From Podarcis filfolensis (lineage: Eukaryota): 64,000 nucleotides of DNA. Where the stretch lies: NCBI GenBank assembly GCA_964270895.1, contig OZ185444.1; one strand, 5' to 3'. Position 1 is the stretch's first letter; every line of letters begins with the position of its first letter. Shown in pieces: positions 61,801-64,000 of this stretch. Both the position numbers and the translations under genes were made by a program. The notes below the pieces were generated by a model. That model ran no database searches. It saw only the letters and a program-made list of their open reading frames with translations, and had not been told where the DNA came from.

Positions 61801-63625
61801 TGGAGGATGGATGGTGGCTAACAGATTGAGGTTGAATCCTGACAAGACAGAAGTACTGTTTGGGGGGGGGGGACAGGGGGTGGGGGGGTGTGGAGGACTC
61901 CCTGGCCCTGAATGGGGTAACTGTGCCCCTGAAGGACCTGGTACACAGCCTGGGAGTCATTTTGGACTCACAGCTGTCCATGGAGGCACAGGTCAATTCT
62001 GTGTCCAGGGCAGCTGTCTACCAGCTCCACCTGGTATGCAGGCTGAGACCCTACCTGCCTGCAGACTGTCTCACCAGAGTAGTGCATGCTCTAGTTATCT
62101 CCCACTTGGACTACTGCAATGCGTTCTATGAGGGACTACTTTTTAAGGTGACCCAGAAACTACAACTAATCCAGAATGCGGCCGCTATACTGGTGACTGG
62201 GAGTGGCCACCGGGATCATATAACACTGGTCCTGAAAGGCCTACATTGGCTCCCAGTACGTTTCTGAGCACAATTCAAAGTGTTGGTGCTGACCTTTAAA
62301 GCCCTGAACGGCCTCGGCCCAGTATACCTGAAGGAGCGTCTCCACCCCCATTGTTGAGCCCAGACACTGAGGTCTTCCTCTGAGGGTCTTCTGCTGGCTC
62401 CCTCACTGCAAGAAGCGAGGTTACAGGGAACCAGAGAGAGAGCCTTCTTGTTAGTGGCACCCTCCCTGTGGAACACCCTCTCTTCATATGGCAAGAAAAT
62501 GACCAACTATATGACTTTTAGAAAACATATAAAGGTAGCCATGAATTGGGAAGTTTTTAATGTTTGATGTTTTAGTATGTTCTGATATGTGCTGTGAGCC
62601 AGCCAGATGGGCAGGGTAAAAATAATAAAATTATTATTAGTTAGTATTATTAAGATTAAGATTACATAATACATTGTACACTGAAAGCACATATATTGAT
62701 GGTAAAATCTGTAATATCGCCACTCTAAAACAGGGACATAAAGTAAATTTCTGTTCATTGTGCAGTACTCTATACTCATGCATAGATTTCTAATGTTTAA
62801 CACAAATATTTGTTTGGTTTCTTCTTATTGGACAGAAAACTACCTGCTGGAGGGCCATAACGCTGCTCTTGTCAGCATCAAGGTGGGCCATTTTCAGTTT
62901 CTCTCTCAGAGTTAACAACATTTGCTGATACTCAATGATTTCTTCATCTTTAGAAGCCAAGATTCCCTGCAAAGCAGAATATGGTAAGGTGGAAAATCTT
63001 CAACAAAACATAAATCTTAAAAGGTAGCTGAAATAAAATATGCAATACCTTCCATTCTTCCACTTTTTCATTCACAGCTGCCATGAGAGGGTCATCTTCT
63101 TCATTCTTTGCTTTAAGTTGCTCCATTAACTCATGCACCTGTAAGATACCATCAATATATGATGCATGAAATATGACGTATGAAAATACAAGCTATGAGT
63201 GTATTACTCCAGATGCATTAACAAAGGGAATCAATGGTAATCCAGTTTTTACTCTATTTGCTTACTGGATCAAATACTTATTTAATGATCAATTTGTCAT
63301 CACTCAGTGGTCACGCAGGATGTGTCATCTTTCTGATTTGATCTTTCTGTTTTGGTCCATTGTATTCCAATTTTAAGGTCTTTTATAGTTGTACAGTATC
63401 TTTACTAATCTGCTTCTGGAAAGAAGGTAGGTTACATTTTACCTGAAACTTATACTGTTCCTTTTCCTTTTTTAGTTGGTCCACAACAATGTCAGATTGC
63501 TGCACGATAAGCTTCATTTTATTGTACTCATCTGTCATCTTTTCCATTTCTTGCACCGATTCTTCTAGATTCTTCCTCATTTCCTGATTCTGAGCCTCTA
63601 ATTTTTCATTAGCTTCGGTCAAACT
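25058..63625 (-). CDS. CEP290: Centrosomal protein of 290 kDa, partial (exons equivalent to human 10-54; exons 1-9 lie beyond the window)
   Basis: 45 consecutive in-frame exons with coiled-coil peptides recognisable as CEP290 (e.g. [11 protein letters not shown]...[44 protein letters not shown]). Sizes match human exon sizes as I recall them (e.g. 456, 165, 108, 135, 200, 214 nt). Confidence 0.98.
26047..26135 (-). CDS. CEP290: CEP290 exon 53 ([29 protein letters not shown])
   Basis: atccctag acceptor, CAT|GTAAGT donor, 89 nt, phase 1-0. Confidence 0.88.
27234..27337 (-). CDS. CEP290: CEP290 exon 52 ([16 protein letters not shown]...)
   Basis: AG/GT bounded, 104 nt, phase 2-1. Confidence 0.92.
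27430..27503 (-). CDS. CEP290: CEP290 exon 51 ([24 protein letters not shown])
   Basis: AG/GT bounded, 74 nt. Confidence 0.94.
27595..28140 (+). mobile_element. CpG-rich island in CEP290 intron 50, probably the 5' end/UTR of an L1-like element
   Basis: Starts abruptly at GGGACTTCCGGTCAGCGCCGGCG; dense CpG over ~27600-27900 in AT-rich intron; no recognisable ORF1; right boundary approximate. Confidence 0.45.
28268..28409 (-). CDS. CEP290: CEP290 exon 50 ([16 protein letters not shown]...ILKEQ)
   Basis: AG/GT bounded, 142 nt. Confidence 0.95.
29377..29549 (-). CDS. CEP290: CEP290 exon 49 ([21 protein letters not shown]...KSIVIT)
   Basis: AG/GT bounded, 173 nt. Confidence 0.95.
30048..30170 (-). 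CDS. CEP290: CEP290 exon 48 ([19 protein letters not shown]...RKELKK)
   Basis: AG/GT bounded, 123 nt. Confidence 0.95.
30428..30592 (-). CDS. CEP290: CEP290 exon 47 ([25 protein letters not shown]...)
   Basis: AG/GT bounded, 165 nt. Confidence 0.96.
31158..31244 (-). CDS. CEP290: CEP290 exon 46 ([29 protein letters not shown])
   Basis: AG/GT bounded, 87 nt. Confidence 0.96.
31484..31618 (-). CDS. CEP290: CEP290 exon 45 ([21 protein letters not shown]...DLPRLK)
   Basis: AG/GT bounded, 135 nt, phase 0-0. Confidence 0.96.
32700..33377 (-). CDS. CEP290: Candidate non-canonical CEP290 cassette exon in intron 44, 226 aa, acidic/disordered
   Basis: Acceptor cctctttcttctgtatcag, donor CAG|GTTTGC, 678 nt with no stop, phase 0-0 matching the flanking exons 44 and 45; 53/226 residues are D/E. 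Confidence 0.6.
34752..34875 (-). CDS. CEP290: CEP290 exon 44 ([25 protein letters not shown]...FSRPS)
   Basis: AG/GT bounded, 124 nt, phase 2-0. Confidence 0.96.
35885..36040 (-). CDS. CEP290: CEP290 exon 43 ([24 protein letters not shown]...)
   Basis: AG/GT bounded, 156 nt. Confidence 0.96.
36400..36545 (-). CDS. CEP290: CEP290 exon 42 ([16 protein letters not shown]...KELFS)
   Basis: AG/GT bounded, 146 nt. Confidence 0.96.
36944..37060 (-). CDS. CEP290: CEP290 exon 41 ([22 protein letters not shown]...)
   Basis: AG/GT bounded, 117 nt. Confidence 0.94.
37262..37302. repeat. Imperfect (CA)n microsatellite
   Basis: Direct reading. Confidence 0.9.
37670..37891 (-). CDS. CEP290: CEP290 exon 40 ([27 protein letters not shown]...)
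   Basis: AG/GT bounded, 222 nt. Confidence 0.95.
38905..39042 (-). CDS. CEP290: CEP290 exon 39 ([22 protein letters not shown]...)
   Basis: AG/GT bounded, 138 nt. Confidence 0.96.
39257..39598 (-). mobile_element. Sauria-type SINE (CpG-rich, apparently young), 12-bp TSD
   Basis: (ACCTTT)n tail, B-box GGTTCGAATCC, direct repeat AGGTTAACAGTA at 39245-39256 and 39599-39610. Confidence 0.9.
39702..39895 (+). mobile_element. CR1-derived short element interrupted by a nested 65-bp insertion (39756-39820)
   Basis: AAGAAGAGCCATGCTGG..CAGTGGCCCATCTAGT|CAGCATCCTGTTCTCACAGTGG; a homologous uninterrupted copy lies on - at ~59150-59240. Confidence 0.6.
40137..40350 (-). CDS. CEP290: CEP290 exon 38 ([13 protein letters not shown]...[27 protein letters not shown])
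   Basis: AG/GT bounded, 214 nt. Confidence 0.96.
41416..41675 (-). mobile_element. 3' end of an L2/CR1-like element with (AAT)n tail
   Basis: (TAT)n at 41416-41455 adjoining sequence shared, in opposite orientation, with 43960-44290 (GGCGCCAGGCAAAA, CCAGGCCTTTGG). Confidence 0.55.
41863..42062 (-). CDS. CEP290: CEP290 exon 37 ([30 protein letters not shown]...)
   Basis: AG/GT bounded, 200 nt. Confidence 0.96.
42911..43018 (-). CDS. CEP290: CEP290 exon 36 ([21 protein letters not shown]...KQTAL)
   Basis: AG/GT bounded, 108 nt. Confidence 0.96.
43433..43702 (-). CDS. CEP290: CEP290 exon 35 ([31 protein letters not shown]...KARE)
   Basis: AG/GT bounded, 270 nt. Confidence 0.96.
43847..43892. 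repeat. (GATA)n microsatellite
   Basis: Direct reading. Confidence 0.98.
43960..44290 (+). mobile_element. 3' end of the same L2/CR1-like family
   Basis: GTGCCAGGCCAA...CCAAGCCTTTGGCTGA...ends with AATTTAATAAATAAA. Confidence 0.5.
44441..44575 (-). CDS. CEP290: CEP290 exon 34 ([26 protein letters not shown]...)
   Basis: AG/GT bounded, 135 nt. Confidence 0.96.
44709..44816 (-). CDS. CEP290: CEP290 exon 33 ([21 protein letters not shown]...)
   Basis: AG/GT bounded, 108 nt. Confidence 0.96.
45008..45172 (-). CDS. CEP290: CEP290 exon 32 ([21 protein letters not shown]...QQSK)
   Basis: AG/GT bounded, 165 nt. Confidence 0.96.
45680..46135 (-). CDS. CEP290: CEP290 exon 31 ([20 protein letters not shown]...TRGAQK)
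   Basis: AG/GT bounded, 456 nt. Confidence 0.97.
46265..46376 (-). CDS. CEP290: CEP290 exon 30 ([37 protein letters not shown])
   Basis: AG/GT bounded, 112 nt. Confidence 0.96.
47150..47354. mobile_element. Tc1/mariner-type MITE (related family, CpG-rich)
   Basis: TA-flanked imperfect TIRs CAGTCATACCTCGGGTTACG / CAGTGGATGCTCGGGTTGCG. Confidence 0.75.
48084..48108. repeat. (TG)n microsatellite
   Basis: Direct reading. Confidence 0.95.
48242..48393 (-). CDS. CEP290: CEP290 exon 29 ([19 protein letters not shown]...)
   Basis: AG/GT bounded, 152 nt. Confidence 0.96.
49064..49269 (-). CDS. CEP290: CEP290 exon 28 (...[21 protein letters not shown]...ETKFAE)
   Basis: AG/GT bounded, 206 nt. Confidence 0.96.
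49860..49971 (-). CDS. CEP290: CEP290 exon 27 ([33 protein letters not shown]...)
   Basis: AG/GT bounded, 112 nt. Confidence 0.96.
50398..50571 (-). CDS. CEP290: CEP290 exon 26 ([19 protein letters not shown]...TNLEHLE)
   Basis: AG/GT bounded, 174 nt. Confidence 0.96.
51033..51263 (-). CDS. CEP290: CEP290 exon 25 ([12 protein letters not shown]...[10 protein letters not shown]...LQRFK)
   Basis: AG/GT bounded, 231 nt. Confidence 0.96.
51657..51759 (-). CDS. CEP290: CEP290 exon 24 ([20 protein letters not shown]...KEYY)
   Basis: AG/GT bounded, 103 nt. Confidence 0.95.
52284..52399 (-). CDS. CEP290: CEP290 exon 23 ([22 protein letters not shown]...[11 protein letters not shown])
   Basis: AG/GT bounded, 116 nt. 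Confidence 0.96.
52785..52860. repeat. Compound (TG)n(AG)n microsatellite
   Basis: Direct reading. Confidence 0.98.
52917..53066 (-). CDS. CEP290: CEP290 exon 22 ([15 protein letters not shown]...[11 protein letters not shown])
   Basis: AG/GT bounded, 150 nt. Confidence 0.96.
53465..53629 (-). CDS. CEP290: CEP290 exon 21 ([32 protein letters not shown]...)
   Basis: AG/GT bounded, 165 nt. Confidence 0.96.
54588..54730 (-). CDS. CEP290: CEP290 exon 20 ([22 protein letters not shown]...PSLERLVN)
   Basis: AG/GT bounded, 143 nt. Confidence 0.96.
55048..55132 (-). CDS. CEP290: CEP290 exon 19 ([28 protein letters not shown])
   Basis: AG/GT bounded, 85 nt, phase 0-1. Confidence 0.94.
55463..55555 (-). 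CDS. CEP290: Candidate non-canonical CEP290 exon in intron 18 ([31 protein letters not shown])
   Basis: Acceptor ttacttgttctctag, donor GAG|GTAGTT, 93 nt, phase 0-0, helical/coiled-coil-like. Confidence 0.72.
56040..56612 (-). CDS. CEP290: Candidate non-canonical CEP290 cassette exon in intron 18, 191 aa (LSFHLDSE...[21 protein letters not shown])
   Basis: Acceptor atcttcttttcttttcag, donor GAG|GTGAGA, 573 nt with no stop, phase 0-0 matching exons 18 and 19. Confidence 0.72.
56983..57095 (-). CDS. CEP290: CEP290 exon 18 ([20 protein letters not shown]...EVKEK)
   Basis: AG/GT bounded, 113 nt, phase 1-0. Confidence 0.92.
57656..57743 (-). CDS. CEP290: CEP290 exon 17 ([29 protein letters not shown])
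   Basis: AG/GT bounded, 88 nt. Confidence 0.96.
57867..57967 (-). CDS. CEP290: CEP290 exon 16 ([33 protein letters not shown]), GC donor
   Basis: catttcag acceptor, GAG|GCAAGT donor, 101 nt. Confidence 0.94.
58810..58972 (-). CDS. CEP290: CEP290 exon 15 ([23 protein letters not shown]...LRGRL)
   Basis: AG/GT bounded, 163 nt. Confidence 0.96.
59532..59704 (-). CDS. CEP290: CEP290 exon 14 ([10 protein letters not shown]...[15 protein letters not shown]...DYES)
   Basis: AG/GT bounded, 173 nt. Confidence 0.95.
60575..60698 (-). CDS. CEP290: CEP290 exon 13 ([26 protein letters not shown]...)
   Basis: AG/GT bounded, 124 nt. Confidence 0.96.
61790..62640 (+). mobile_element. L2 LINE 3' fragment in CEP290 intron 12
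   Basis: [11 protein letters not shown]...[16 protein letters not shown]...[13 protein letters not shown]...LQLIQNAAA...LHWLPV...[16 protein letters not shown], with an AAT-rich tail. Confidence 0.9.
62844..62966 (-). CDS. CEP290: CEP290 exon 12 ([17 protein letters not shown]...[12 protein letters not shown])
   Basis: AG/GT bounded, 123 nt. Confidence 0.96.
63049..63138 (-). CDS. CEP290: CEP290 exon 11 ([30 protein letters not shown])
   Basis: AG/GT bounded, 90 nt. Confidence 0.96.
63443..63625 (-). CDS. CEP290: CEP290 exon 10 ([38 protein letters not shown]...)
   Basis: AG/GT bounded, 183 nt. Confidence 0.96.
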
Positions 63626-64000
63626 CTACGAATTTAAAAGTAAAATATTTATAATGAGAAACCCATTTCAAAATTGAAAAAAGCCAGCTCTGGCAAACTC
63701 CAAAATGGACCGATAGTGCCAACCCTGAATCCAAGTAAAGTAGGATTAATTTTTACCACAAGACCACCACAACTGACAACCACTGCTGAATCCACTGAAA
63801 TATATTACTCACTTACTTCTTAGCCCCAAAGTCTAAAACAAAGCCATCTGCAACATTAATAATCAAGAGATCTTAAGAGCCATATCCTAAGTGTCATATT
63901 AACGTCCATCTAGAAAAATTGGAGCTATGCCATCTTCATATCAGCAGAAGATACAAAATTCACTGAATGCTGATGTTTTAAATTCTTCTGCTATTTTCGT

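Overview
Vertebrate genomic DNA, very probably a squamate. The Sauria-type SINEs with (ACCTTT)n tails and the CAGTGGTACCTC MITEs suggest a lacertid lizard (inference). The window holds the conserved amniote triplet C12orf50 (- strand; 11 coding exons at 80-13233, 3' end possibly outside the window), RLIG1/C12orf29 (+ strand; RNA ligase; 7 exons at 16400-23683, intact 325-aa CDS, head-to-head with C12orf50 across a CpG island) and the 3' part of CEP290 (- strand; exons equivalent to human 10-54 at 25058-63625, tail-to-tail with RLIG1). Exon boundaries were read by hand from splice sites and reading-frame phase. CEP290 exon numbering comes from my recollection of human exon sizes, which match almost throughout. 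Most interesting: (i) in-frame, splice-site-bounded cassette exons absent from canonical CEP290, namely a 678-nt acidic exon in intron 44 and 573-nt + 93-nt (+ possible 27-nt) exons in intron 18; (ii) C12orf50 carries two upstream coding exons that complete a ZC3H11A-like triple-CCCH zinc-finger module, while the annotated human protein starts downstream; (iii) an apparently bidirectional poly(A) element between RLIG1 and CEP290; (iv) a CpG-rich, L1-5'-end-like island in CEP290 intron 50. There are no prokaryotic features, CRISPR arrays, rRNA or true tRNA genes. No database searches were run.
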